NCBI RefSeq assembly: GCF_004010195.1
Contig: NC_057718.1
Span: 68,830,449 to 68,894,448, forward strand
Length of the DNA stretch: 64,000 nt
Direction: 5' to 3'
Origin: Chiloscyllium plagiosum
Taxonomy: Eukaryota
Positions 12,317 through 25,039 of the stretch are shown here, piece after piece. The notes under the pieces are model-generated. The model did not search any database and was not told the DNA's origin. It saw only the letters and a list, made by a program, of their open reading frames with translations. Made by a program: the position numbers and the translations under genes. The first letter of the stretch is position 1, and each line of letters starts with the position of its first letter.

Positions 12317-13108
12317 GATAAAAGGAGGGAATGAGAATGTATATAGGGTACAATCAAATAGGGGAAAGTGAGGACTGCAGATGCTGGAGACCAGAGTTGA
12401 AAAGTGTGGTGCTGGAAAAACACAGCAGGCCAGGCAGCAACCAAGGAGCAGGAGAATCAACGTTTTGGGCTGAAGAAGGGCTTATGCCTGAAACTTCGAT
12501 TCTCCTGCTCCTCGGATGCTGCCTGGCCTGCTGTGTTTTTCCAACACCACACTTTTCAACTATAATCAGGTAGGGAAAGAGTTAAGTTCTGAGTTTTGTG
12601 AAACAAGAGGTTCAGCTGAGCATTACTAAGATCAGATATGAACTTGCAGTTAACACTGGGTGCTGGAGGCAAGGGTAATAGGTTAACAAGGTAGAAAAGC
12701 ATTCGTTATGTAGAGCCATTTAACAATATTGAAAGCATTCAGTATGTAAGGTCAGTTTAACAAGGTGAAAAGTATTCATTATGTGAAGCCAGTTACGGTT
12801 AAGAACATTCATTGTGTAACAGCAGGTAGCTTAGTCTTTACTATTGATGCTTGCTGATTGTAATGGTCACCCAATCAATATGCACACTGCCTTATCTGGA
12901 TGTCCCACCCTGTAAAATGACTATATAATTCATTAAGAAACTGCTATTCCAGAGAAGACCGTGAACTCATGTCTCTGTGCATGTGGGCGATCATTCTCTC
13001 TCCCTCCAAGGGCTGGAATAAAGATGAAGGAGGTAAAGCCATACTGTGCCTCTGAGTGTTTTGCTTTGACTGAGGGAGGGGAGGAGGGGGAGGGGCAACG
13101 GGACAACA
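12317..13108 (+). mobile_element. Solo LTR-like element (copy 1), interrupted by the PLE hairpin
   Basis: TATATAA near 12922, AATAAA near 13017, ends ...gggacaaca; clearly homologous to 15840-16313. The 5' boundary is uncertain. Confidence 0.6.
12360..12560. mobile_element. Short hairpin-like non-autonomous Penelope pLTR derivative
   Basis: gttgaaaagtgtggtgctggaaaaacacagcaggccaggcagca is inverted as tgctgcctggcctgctgtgtttttccaacaccacacttttcaac. Hammerhead-like ctgaagaagggcttatgcctgaaac in the loop; imperfect direct repeats ta.aatca..taggg.aaag flank it. Confidence 0.75.
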
Positions 13109-13263
13109 ACTATGCAGTTTGTATAGATTAATGGGTTGCAATATAACAGCCATTGAGTTTGTCGGGGGAGGTCCCTCATTCACATAAAAGTGCAAACGTT
13201 TAATTAAAACACAAAGGACAAAAACACTACAGGCATATGGAGCAAGTTGAGGCAATGGGACGA

Positions 13264-13482
13264 CAGTCGGTTCTGATATAACGCAATAGTTCAATTCTCC
13301 TGCGATCATGCGTTATAAGAAAATCACACGGTTGCCATATCAGTTAAACTAACTAGGCCGGAATCACGTTCTAGCCAATACTGATAAGGAAAGTTTGCAT
13401 TCTACAAATAACTGTCTAAATTCTTCAATCGCATTAATGCCAATTTGCATTGAAGAAACACGCATTATAGCAGAACTGACTA
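13264..13482. mobile_element. Non-autonomous DNA transposon (pogo/Tigger-type MITE)
   Basis: Terminal inverted repeats cagtcggttctgatataacgc ... gcattatagcagaactgact, with TA on the right flank. Confidence 0.7.
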
Positions 13483-13949
13483 TAACTGAATATTCTTTCA
13501 AAGAAATGATACTATATGGGTTTAATGAATATTTTCTATGCCGTAATGTCTGGTAATTCAATGAACTACATCTTTGAAAGCTCTGACAGTACACAGACAA
13601 TGCATAGTCTTTTAACAATTGTTACAAAGTTTGCAGCAACTATACATTCCTTAATGGCGTAAAACCCCAAAACTGCTTAGTGCATCAGGGTTAGCAAAGA
13701 AAAATAAGGTGTGTATAAGAGTAAAAGGAAAGACCTATAAAGTATCAGAAATATTAGTTACCATTAGATTGGAAGGATGTTAAATTATGGCAAAGGAGGA
13801 CTAGGAAATTACTAAATAAAGGGAGAATAAAATATGGATGTAAGTTAGTTTAAAAAAAAGATTGCTAAGCCTCAATAGGTTCCTTCATTGAGGAAAATAC
13901 AAAAATAAGTCTTCCAAAATTAGAGATTGAAGCAACTAGAGAGAATGAG

Positions 13950-14850
13950 GAATTGAAGGAAACTGGAATAGTAGGATTGAGTACATAAATTGGAAATGTT
14001 AAGGAGAATGAAGGCTGATAAATATGCAGGACCTGATATTCTTAATTGGAGACTGTTGAAAGAGACAACTATGGAAATAATGGCTACATTAGTGATCATC
14101 TTCCAAATTCTGTAAATGCTGGAATAATTCCTGCAGATTGGGAAGTAGCAAAATGCCACCTCACTATTTAACAAAGGAGAGAGAGAAGTGGGGAACTATA
14201 GATCTCAGCTTGTATCTATAGTAGGAAAATTGCTAGAATTTATTATGAAAGATATACTTGGGTCAAAGTGATCTGATTCAGCATGGATTGAACAATGGAA
14301 AATTACGTTCTGTTGGGGTTTTCTGAGGATGTTATGAACAGAATTGATAAAAGGGGATCAGTGTATATAGTACACTTGGATTTTCAGAGTTTTCGCTTAA
14401 ATCCCCCAAGAAAGGTTGGTTAGCCAACATAAATTGGGTAGCTGGTCAAGTACTGTCATGGACTAAGGGTTGACTAAAAGGCAGAAAGCCGAGTAGGATA
14501 AATGGATCATTCTCACATTGGAGAGCAGTGAGTAATAGGAATCCACAAGGATCAGTACCTGGGCCTCAATTATTTACAATATATATTAAATCATTTGGAC
14601 AGGATGACCAAATGAAATATTTTCAAATGCATGGATGACACAAAGCTAAGTGGGAATGTACCCTAAGAGGAAGATGCAAAGCTGCTTCATGAAGTTTTGG
14701 ACAGACAGAGTGAATGTGCAAGAACAGGACAACTGGACTATCTTGTTGAAAAAATGTGACATTATGCATATTGGTAGTAGGAACGGATAGTCAGAGTTTT
14801 TTTTTAAAACGGCGAACAGGTTGAAATGTGTAGAGGCACAATGGGAACTG
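13950..14850 (+). mobile_element. Old degenerate CR1-type LINE RT fragment
   Basis: Decayed motifs (gattgggaagtagcaaaatgcc; ttggattttcag; ccacaaggatcagtacctgggcc; ggatgacacaaagct). Confidence 0.7.
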
Positions 14851-14854
14851 GGTG

Positions 14855-17800
14855 AGAGTATCTTTTAATCACAAATGGATTGGAGGAGCGGGAGTAGTAG
14901 TTTTGATTAGGGATAACGTTATAGCTGTAGTTAGGGATAATATTCCTGGAAAACCTCAGAGGGAAGTTATTTTGGTGGAACTGAGAAACAAGAAAGGGAA
15001 GATCACCTTATTGGGATTGTATTGGAGATCCCCTCCAAATAGTCAGTGGGAAGTTGAGAAACAAATTTGTAAGGAAATCTCAGTTATCTATAAGAATAAT
15101 AGGTTGCTAATGATACGGGATTTTAACATCCCAAACATAGATTGGGACTGCCATAGAGTTAAGGGCTTAGATGTAGAGGAATTTAATGTGTACAAGAAAA
15201 TTTTCTTATTCAGTATGTGGATGTACCTACCTGAGAGGGTGAAAAACATGACCTACTCTTGGAAAATCAGGCTCAGCAGGTGACTGAGGTGTCAGTGGGA
15301 GAGTACTTAAGGGATAATGTTCATAATTTTATTAATTTTAGAATCGTTATTGAAAAGGATAGACCAGATCTAAAGTTAAAGCTTTAAACTGGAGGGAGGC
15401 CAATTTTGACAATATTAGGCAAGAACTTTAAAAAGTTAATTTAGGAAGGATGATTGCAGGTAAAGGGATGGCTGGAAAATGGGAAGCCTTCAAAGATGAG
15501 ATAACGAGAATCCAGAGACAGTGTGTTCCTGTTAGGATGATAGGCAAGGCAAGGATGGTAGGTGTAGGGAATGCTGGATCACTGGAGAAATTAAGATTTT
15601 GGTCAAGAATAAGAAGGAAGCATATGTCACGTATAGACGGCAAGGATCGAGTGAATCCCTAGAAGAGTAAAGAGATAGTGGAGTATACTTAAGAGGGAAA
15701 TCAGGAGGGCAAAAAGGGGACATGAGCAACCGTTGTCAAATAGGGTGAAGGAGAATCCAGAGGGATTCTACAAATACATTAAGGACAAAAGAATAATTAG
15801 GGAGAGAATAAGGGTCCTTAAAGATCAGCAAGGCCACAGGAGAGGGTGAGAAAGTGTATAAGGTATGAGAAAGTAGGGAAAGAGTTTTGAGTTTGTAAAG
15901 CATGAGGTTCAGCTGAACATGATTCAGATCAGATAAGAACTTAGTTAACAATGGGGTGCTGGAGGCAAGGGTAATGGGTTAACAAGGTGGAAAAGCATTC
16001 ATTATGTTATGCCATTTAACAAGATGAGGAAGCGTTCAGCATGTAAAGTTAGTTAACGAAGTGAAGAGTATTCATTATGTATAATGCCACATGGCTTAAT
16101 CTCTACTATTGACACTTGCTGATGCTCCTCCCTGTAAAGTGACTATATAATTCATTAAGAATCTGCTGTTCCAAAGAAGACTGAGAACTCGTGTCTCTGT
16201 GCACGTGGGTGATCATTCTCTCTCCTTCCAGGGTCCGGAATAAAGATAAAGGAGGTAAAGCCATACTGTGTCTCTGAGCGTTTTGCTTCGACTGAGGTGG
16301 GAACGGGATGACAAGGGGTGAGATACTAAATGAGTATTTTGTACCAGTGTTTACTATGGAGAAGGGCATGCAAGCTAGAGAACTTGGGAAAATAAATAGC
16401 GACATCTTAAAATGTCCATATATCAGGGGAGGTGGTGCTGGACATCTTAAAATGCAAAAAGGTGGATAAATCCCTCGGATCTGATCATGTGTAGCCTAGA
16501 ACTCTGTGGGAAGCTAGGGAAGTGATTGCTGGGTCCCTTGCTGAGACATTTGTAACATTGATAGCCACACGTGAGATGCCAGACTGGACGATGGCTACCA
16601 TGGTGCCACTATTTTTAAAAAGTGGTAAGGAAAAGCCAGGCCAGTGAGCCAGACATTGGTGGTGACCAAGTTGTTGAAGGGAATTCTGAGGGACAGAATT
16701 TACATGTCATTTACATTTGGAAAGACAAGGACTGATGAGAGATGGTCAACATGGATTTGTGCGTGGGAAATCATGTCTCACTAACTTGATTGAGTTTTTT
16801 GAGGAAGTAGCAAAGAAGATTGATGAGGGCAGAGAGGTGGACATGATTTATATGGACTTCAGTAAGGCATTCAACAAGGTTCCTCATGGTAGGTTGATTA
16901 GCAAGGTTAGGTCACATGGAATACAGGGAGAACTAGCTTGAAGGTAGGAAAACACCGCTTGGTGTTGGAGGTTGCTTTTCAGACTGGAGGCTTGTGACCA
17001 GTGGTGTGCCACAAGGATCGATGCTGAGTCCACTGCTTTTCATCATTTTATATGAATGATGTGGATGTGAATGTAGGAGGTATAGTTAGTAAGATGTTAG
17101 TTTGCAGATGACGCCAAAATTGGAGATGTAGTGGATAGCAAGGAAGGTTACCTTAGAGTACAATGGAATCTTGATCATATAGGCCAATGGGCTGAGGCCT
17201 GGAGATGGAATTTAATTTAGATAAATGTGAGATGCTGCATTTTGGAAAGGCAAATCTTAGCAGGACTTATACACTTAATGGTCAGGTGCTGGGGAGTTTT
17301 GCTAAACAAAGAGACCTTGGAGTGGAGGTTCTTGGTTCCTTGAAAGTGGAGTTGTAGGTAGACAGGATAGTGAAGATGGCATCCGATAGAGAGCATAGAA
17401 CATTACAGCACAGTACAGGCCCACGATGTTGTGCCAACCTGTGGAGCCAATCTGAAGCCCATCGATCCTAGATTATCCCATTTTCATCCATATGATTATC
17501 CAATGACCATTTAAATGCCTTTAAGCTTGGCGAGTCTACTACTGTTGCAGGCAGTGCATTCAACGCGTCCACTACTCTATAGGTAAAGGTAAATAAATAA
17601 AGGTAAGTACTTGCCTTTATTTATTGGTCAGTTGTGGCTGTACAGGACATTGGTTAGACCACTTTTCAAATACTGCGTGCAATTCTGGTCTCCCAGCTAT
17701 AGGAAGTATGTTGTGAAACTTGAAAGGGTTCAGAAAAGATTTACAAGAGTGTTGCCAAGGTTGGAGGGTTTGAGCTACAAGGAGAGGCCGAATAGGCTCC

Positions 17801-18190
17801 AGCTGTTTTCCTGGAGCATTGGAGGCTGAGGAATGACCTTATAAAGTTATAAAATCATGAAGAGCATGGATATGATGTATAGCCAAGGTCTTTTCTGGTG
17901 GGGGGCAGAGCAGGGGGCTTGGGGGGTTGGTGGTGTGGCGAGAGAGCCCAAAGCTAGCTGGCATAGGTTTAAGGTGAGGGAGGAAAGATTTAAAAGGGAT
18001 CTGAGGTATAACTTCACAGACAGTGTGGTGCATAAATGGAATCTGGATGGATTTATGACTATAAAGCGTTTTGAGTGATATGGGCCAAAAGCTGGCAAGT
18101 GGGACTAGGTTACTTAAAATATTTGGTCTGCATGGACACATTGGTATCTGAAGTGTCTGTTACAATGCTGTGCTGCTCTATGACTCTAAA
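14855..18190 (+). mobile_element. Long CR1/HER1-type LINE (endonuclease + RT + tail), disrupted; contains an LTR-like insert and an antisense CR1 tail at ~17385-17590
   Basis: APE-like GGAGVVVLIRD...LLGLYWRSPPNS...DFNIPNIDW; RT QHGFVRGKSCLTNLIEFFEEV...YMDFSKAFNKVPH; tail ctctatgactct. Confidence 0.9.
15840..16313 (+). mobile_element. Solo LTR-like element (copy 2) inserted in CR1
   Basis: Homologous to 12565-13108; TATATAA, AATAAA and a ...gatgaca end. CR1 sequence resumes on both sides, with repeated gggtgaga at the junctions. Confidence 0.62.
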
Positions 18191-19096
18191 GATTGGCATT
18201 TAGAAATATGAAGGGATATGGGATTGGGGGGGGGGGGGGGGAAGAAAACCCAGCATTTAAGTGAATGATACACCAAGCAGAATGGGCTGAGCAGTCTACT
18301 TGCACTCCTACTTTTCTATCAGGGCTATATTTCCATCAGTAGTTCGAGAATCGGAAATCAGAATGTTTCCTGATTGCGTTCCTGACTTTTAAAAGGCAGC
18401 ATATTTATAATGCATTTTCTCTCCGGTAGTTGGGTGTGGGCTGGAGACAGGGGTGCTGAGTAACAATGAATGAAGGTGATGGCAAGGCCACTCCAGTCCT
18501 ACTGATAACTGTTAGGCCCTCTACCCCACACCTGTCACCCAACAGACAGGAGAGTTTTGTATCCTCCATACACACTCATACAGTATAAATTATGAGCCCA
18601 GCAGGCAACTGTATAAGAAGAATGTTGAATTAATGACCAGGTATCTGTTTTACCAGTTGGTCTTATTTTGAAGGCTTGACTGAGCTTCAGGACGGTCTAT
18701 TGCATTCAGTCCAGCCCATGTGTAATTAGACAATTTGAAGGGAACTTCTAGCTTTGATTAATCATTACAAACTCCTAAAATTGTTAATCTTATATTTGAA
18801 GTGATTTTCCAATGCCTATTTGTTTATTTGGATCAGATTATGAGGTGTTTCTTCAATGGCATTTTCACTGCCAGCATTAGCAGGTGGTCAATTGTAAATC
18901 CAAACCACTAACTGCATTAAACTGTTCACCGTATATCAGCTCTACTTTTTTTACTTCAATACAAATCTTATTTGGAGGTTTTGCTGGAATAGCCTGATTT
19001 TTTTTTTTCATTAAGTGTCCCAGTGCCCTGACATTTCTCTAAAAATAATTCAGATGTCCTGGTTTTCATACTTTCCATTTCTCTTGTTAGATCTTT

Positions 19097-19400
19097 AGAT
19101 TAGATTACTTGCAATGTGGAAACAGGCCCTTCGGCCCAACAAGTCCACACCAACCCTCCGAAGAGCAACCCACCCAGACCCATTCCCCTTCATCCTTCAC
19201 TACGGGCAATTTAGCATGGCCAAATCACCTAACCTGCACATTTTTGGACTGTGGGAGGAAACCGGAGCACCAGGAGGAAGCCCACGCAGACACTGGGAGA
19301 ATGTGCAAACTCTACACAGACAGTTGCCTGAGATGGGGATTGAACCTGGGTCTCTGGAGCTGTGAGGCAGCAGTGCTAACCACTGTGCCACCGTGCCGTC
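19097..19400 (-). mobile_element. HE1-like V-SINE
   Basis: Full reverse-complement V-SINE with (GATTA)n tail. Confidence 0.9.
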
Positions 19401-20071
19401 CTGTATGAAGGAAAGCTAAGAAATTTTGTTCTTCCCATAAATACCCATCACATTGCATGCATATACGTACCAAGCCTGTATTCGTCATAACTATCCTCTT
19501 AATGCCTCTAAGGGAATTGTTACTAATGTTTTGGCATTAACAGCTTTGTTGCTGCTGTTGAAATCACATTCTCACTTTGGGTCAGCATATTTTAGGTGAT
19601 GTCATCACACAACCTCTCACTTTCAACTGCCTTTCCCCAGACCCCTGCAATTTGACTCACAGCGTGTCAGTTATCAACACAGACCCTGCCTTCCAATGGC
19701 TTTTCAATGTTTTTCAGTTTTGACTTTTGAAAACCTGGTCACCCAATTTTTTTGCTATCAATCTTTCAAACATTAGAAATATTTTTTAACATTTACCCTC
19801 TCAAGTGTCAGTGAGCTTTCGAACAGCTATGATCAGTGTTATCTTAAACTTCTCTACTGTAAGAAGAATAAACTCAACTAGACTTGGCAATTCCTTATCC
19901 ATTGCATCATTCTAATAATGCAATGATAGTAATAATTCTATTAGTTAACAATGGACTAGTTTTGATGAAGATATATGTATTATGTAAGTTTTTGTGCATA
20001 TGTACATCATTTTGATCGGCAGAAATGTAAACAGTGTTGTGGTTCTGTTCGCCGAGGTGGGAATTTGTGTT

Positions 20072-20111
20072 GCAGACGTTTCGTCCCCTGTCTAGGTGAC
20101 ATCCTCAGTGC
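20072..20111 (-). ncRNA. Minimal type I hammerhead ribozyme motif (PLE-associated), intact core
   Basis: Minus strand reads GCA-CUGAGGA-U-GUCACCU-AGAC-AGGGGAC-GAAA-CG-UC-UGC. Stem I GCA/UGC, stem II, complete core and GUC cleavage triplet. Confidence 0.75.
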
Positions 20112-20911
20112 TTGGGAACCTCCTGTGAAGCGCTTCTGTGATGTTTCCTCCGACATTTATAGTGGTTTGTCTCTGCCGCTTCCGGTTGTCAGTTCCAGCT
20201 GTCCGCTGCAGTGGTCGGTATATTGGGTCCAGGTCGATGTGTTTGTTGATTGAATCTGTGGATGAGTGCCATGCCTCTAGGAATTCCCTGGCTGTTCTCT
20301 GTTTGACTTGTCCTCTAATAGCAGTGTTGTCCCAGTCAAACTCATGTTGCTTGTCATCTGCTAAGGATAGCTGGTCGAGTCCTTTCGTGGCTAGTTGGTG
20401 TTCATGGATGCGGACCGTTAGCTGTCTTCCTGTTTGTCCTATGTAGTGTTTTGTGCAGTCCTTGCATGGGATTTTGNNNNNNNNNNNNNNNNNNNNNNNN
20501 NNNNNNNNNNNNNNNNNNNNNNNNNNNNNNNNNNNNNNNNNNNNNNNNNNNNNNNNNNNNNNNNNNNNNTGTTGTGGCCCTTTTGAATAGTGTCTTGATG
20601 CAACTTCATTTGTGTGTGTTGGGGTGGTTGCTATCGTAGTTCAGGACTTGGTCTGTGTGTGTGGCTTTCCTGTATACCTTTGTGGTGAATTCTCCGTTAG
20701 GTGTTCTCTGTACCATCACGTCTAGGAATGGGAGTTGGTTGTCCTTTTCTTCCTCTCTAGTGAGGAGATTCAATCAATAAGCACATCGACCTGGACCCAA
20801 TATACCGACCACTGCAGCGGACAGCTGGAACTGACAACCGGAAGTGGCAGATTCAAACAACTATAAATGCTGGAAGAAACATCACAGAAGCGCTTCACAG
20901 GAGGCTCCCAA

Positions 20912-20951
20912 GCACTGAGGATGTCACCTAGACAGGGGACGAAATGTCTGC
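20912..20951 (+). ncRNA. Minimal hammerhead ribozyme motif (sense copy; C>T change in stem III)
   Basis: GCA-CTGAGGA-tgtcacctagacaggggac-GAAA-tgtc-TGC. Confidence 0.65.
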
Positions 20952-21599
20952 AACACAAATTCCCAGCTCGGCGAACAGAACCACAACAACGAGCACCCGA
21001 GCTACAAATCTTCTCACAAACTTTGAAATGTAAACAGTATTTTGCTGTCCCCAATAAGAAAAGTGAAAATTAGAACCAAGGGTGGTAAGCAAATGTGTTC
21101 TCTATATTTTTAAGAGCTGCAAATAAGTGATGCCTCAGTATTTGATTAACTGTGTAGTTAGACTTATTCCATTTGTAGTGAGTGAGAACAAATGGATTAA
21201 TAGTATGCCACACAAGGCTTAAAATGATAAATTAGTGGTTATTTAAATGTGGTGTTTACCTAATGACAACGCAGTCTCCAGTCGTCTTAGAAATTCTCAA
21301 ATATATTTCAGTTTCATTGACCTATACAAGTCTTATCAGTCAAGTAAAACCCAGATCAAAAAGAACCCATTAATTCTAAGTCTTCAACTAAGAACGTGAA
21401 CTATGTCTTTTTCTTCTTTCAATAAATGGTTCCTATAAATACCTTTTTTCCACTCTGGTACGCAGTCCTGTTAGACTTGAAAGTCAGCTTTTCTTGTTTT
21501 GCTGGTGTCAACAGGCTGAACAGGAATTAGTCATTAATAGGGTCACAGGAGAGCTTGGACTTGTCAGTTTCACAGATGGCTGCCTAAGTTAGATACTAA

Positions 21600-21785
21600 C
21601 TTAGAGAGTGGTGGGGGCATGGAATGCGCTGCCTGTGGGAGTGGTAGAGTCAGAATCTTTGGTGACCTTTAAGCGGCAATTGGATAGGTACATGGATGGG
21701 TGCTTAAGCTAGGACAAATGTTCGGCACAACATCGTGGGCCGAAGGGCCTATTCTGTGCTGTATTGTTCTATGTTCTATGTTCTA
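21600..21785 (+). mobile_element. CR1-type LINE extreme 3' end with (TTCTATG)n tail
   Basis: gagagtggtgggggcatggaatgcgctgcc...gggccgaagggcct...ttctatgttctatgttcta. Confidence 0.8.
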
Positions 21786-22302
21786 ATCCAAAAGGCTTTG
21801 GCTCATCTTCGGGATAATTAATAAATTTTAGTTCATCAGCTCTTTACTGTTGTGTAAGATACTTCGCACTTTGCATGCATTGTATTCATACTGACCGAGA
21901 ATGTTAACTGAGATGCACTCTTGTCAGTGTCAGAAATTCAGCTGTATAGCTGATCTGTCACCTGATCTGCTGGCTCACAATCTCCCCATTCTTCAGTGAC
22001 TCTTGACTACCCTGTGACTCTGTGTGAAATTGATACTGTTCCAGTAACTAAACACTATTGCATTATCATTATGTTATTGAATGGAAAGTGGGTTGTTGAA
22101 TCCAAGTTAAACAGATCAAGTAGCTCTTCTTTCACTTGCTGTAGTCAGAAATGCCATCAGTGGAATTGTAAAGAATGATTCTCTGTATCTCTGGCAATGG
22201 TTTACCCGGGTTATTTGTACAAGTTAACATTTATATTGATTGTGAAGCATTTTATCATGGAATGCTGCCAGATATAGAAACTCATTAATCCAGTCTCTTG
22301 TT

Positions 22303-22512
22303 TCATAGAATCATAGAATCCCTATAGTGTGAAAGCAGGCCATTCGGCCCATTGAGTGAACACAGTCCCTCTGAAGAGCATTCCACCCAGACCCCCTGCC
22401 CCACTCTATTCCTGTAACCCTGCAATTCTCATGGCTAACCTACCTAGCCTACAAATCTCTGGACACTATGTGCAATTTACCATGGCCAATCCACCTCACC
22501 TGCACATCTTTA
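22303..22512 (-). mobile_element. Partial V-SINE (3' part)
   Basis: catagaatcatagaatc tail; catggccaatccacctcacctgcacatcttt. Confidence 0.75.
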
Positions 22513-23116
22513 GAATGGTTTAATTGCCTTACTTTCTTTATAAAATCTTTACTGGATTCACAAATTAGTTTGTAGTTACCTATTGGAATGGAAATTTGAC
22601 ACATTAATTGAAAACTACAGTTTCTTTGGTCCTGCACAGGTTTACACATTGCAGGAAGCTGGTAAAAGATAAAATTCCACCTTTTTAACTGCCTAAACAA
22701 TTTGCATCGTCGTACAAATTGAATCTGCATTTGACTGGTGAACAGAATGGCTATCTACTGTTTTAAACAAGTAGTTTAGAGCCAATTTAATAAACCTTCC
22801 CGTATCAGAAAGCTTAAGTAAGATATACTTTCTTCCTTATTTTTGAAAAATAAGAACTCCTCCATTTACTGCTGGAAGCAATGCAAGGGGGTTCATGGAG
22901 CCATTGTAAACACCATCATGATTGAGATTAGCAAAATCAAATTGAACTGAGAGAATTTCATAATTTTGGTTTGCTTTGTAAGAATTTGAACTCATAGACA
23001 TAATACTTGTATTGTGCCTTTCTTGATTTCAGGCCATCTCAATACTTAGAAGTGCAATAACTTTCTCTACCATCATATATGCCTTTCAGTCTATTTAATC
23101 TGTAACATTAAGGATC

Positions 23117-23427
23117 TGGGTGGCACAGCAGTTAGCACTGCTGCCTCACAGCGCCAGAGGTCCGGGTTCAATTCCCGCCTCAGGCGACTGACTGTGTGGA
23201 GTTTGCACATTCTCCTTGTGTCTGTGTGGGTTTCCTCCGGATGCTCCAGTTTCCTCCCACAGTCCAAAAACGTGCAGGTTAGGTGTATTGGCCATGCTAA
23301 ATTGCCCGTAGTGTTAGGTGAAGGGGTAAATGTAGGGGAACGGGTCTGGGTAGGTTGCGCTTCGGTGGGTTGGTGTGGACTTGTTGGGCCGAAGGGCCTG
23401 TTTCCACACTAAGTAATTTAATCTAAA
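23117..23427 (+). mobile_element. HE1-like V-SINE
   Basis: B-box gggttcaattcc, V-domain and taatctaa tail. Confidence 0.9.
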
Positions 23428-24206
23428 CTCGCAACAATAGAGTAGCTTGAGATTCCTCTCCTCAGGTACTCTCCTGCTTTGTTGTGCAATTGCCCTTGCC
23501 ACCCCTTTTTCTCCAGAAAGTCTATGCCTGATCCAGTTATTTTTGCAAATGATCATTCTGTTTCCCCACCTTATTTTCATCTTTTAAAAGTCTTGAACAG
23601 GTATTGCCCTAAATCTGTGCCCACCTTTCCAAATAATTTGATGCTCGATTCTTTCCAAACAGGTTTCTACCCTATCAAATCAATGCACAGTTTTGATCAA
23701 AGTGGCAAATGGCATCTTCTGTGACAATGCTGTACTTTAACAGGATGTGCCACACAGTCCTGCTCCTGTGTCACTGTAATGTTCCCAAGCTTGGTGAGAC
23801 TGCCTTAGCTGGTTGATTCTTGCTGATTAATATGGACCAGTGTATCTACGGTCCTGGTTTTCTACTTTAGTCATTTATCTCTATGGTACCCAGAGGATTA
23901 GCCTTGAGCCTTTTTGCTTTCTCATTTCCATTTTGCACCTTGATGACATCATCTGACATGTGATAGGTTCCCACAGATACATTAACTACACTCTGCTCTA
24001 TATTACTGGCAACTCTGTTCACCTTTCTGCTGCCTCAGTGTTAGCAGCCATCTTGTTGATATCTGACCATGGATGAATCATAGTTTCTTTCAGTTAAACA
24101 TCAAAACCATTTGTCTTCAGCTCTACCATTCATTTTCTACTGTAGACACTCATTCTGCCTCTGTCCCTGTTGCCTGTTGGGCCACATTGTTCACAACTTC
24201 CATCCT

Positions 24207-24330
24207 ATCTGATGAAGGAGCAGCACTCCGAAAGCTAATGCTTCCAAATAAACCAGTTGGACTATCACCTGGTGTTTGCATGATTTTTAACTTTGTCCAC
24301 CCCAGTCCAGCACCAGCTCCTCCACATCAT
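24207..24330 (+). mobile_element. PLE pLTR fragment with hammerhead core (same family as 415-2037)
   Basis: CTGATGAaggagcagcactccGAAAgctaatgcttccaaataaaccagttggactatcacctggtgt. Confidence 0.7.
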
Positions 24331-25039
24331 GTAAGTATTGGGTGACCTGGTGATGGTATACTAGCCTTTGTGGAGCTATTACAAAATAAAATTTTAATAG
24401 CACCATGCACTGGACATGCTGACAACACAAATACATTACAGATTTTCCTTTGATTCTTTTTTAATGAACCAAACAACTTCAAAAGTAAATAATCACATGA
24501 ATGTTGGTATTGTAGTCCTACAAGATTATACATTTGAAGTCAGTCTTTCAATGTGTGCCTGCATAATTTTCCAAAAGACTAGCAAAATCCTGTTCAAAGT
24601 AACAGATTACCAGGAAAATACTTACCGTTTTTCTCCCATAGGGTACTATAGCTTAACGGACAGATTAATTTCTCTCAAACTATGGTTGAGGATTCCTAGA
24701 TTAACATACCTTTCATCCATCATTTGATAAACAAGTTTGATATCATAAGGTATTGATGTATGCATACTTGGTAAAATCACAACTTACTCCTTTTTTCTTC
24801 TTTAAACTATATTTATGAATCACGTTTAAACAGCTGGTTAATATCACCTGTGCCTGATGTATATGTAACTTCAGCAGAGTGGTTAAGTTAATAATTTTTT
24901 AGTGGGCCTCTGAAATACATTATGGAACCAATCAGGGAACAGCCGATTTCAGATCTTATCTTGTGCAGTTAGGTAGGATCAATTCATAATTTACAAGAAA
25001 GGAAACCACTGGTGAAGAGTGATCTGATAGAATTTAGCG

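Larger units (their letters stand above)
20036..21024. mobile_element. Penelope-like element, inverted-repeat structure with 14-bp TSD
   Basis: GAAATGTAAACAGT at 20022-20035 and 21025-21038. 20036-20255 is the reverse complement of ~20768-20990. Minus-strand GIY-YIG (KIPCKDCTKHYIGQTGRQLTVRIHEH) and RT (LPFLDVMVQR...VYRKATHTDQ) remnants. Confidence 0.92.

Noticed and set aside
12317..16313. Paired LTRs as one intact provirus
   Set aside because: The intervening DNA is MITE and CR1 with no gag/pol, the copies are clearly diverged, and copy 2 sits inside a CR1.
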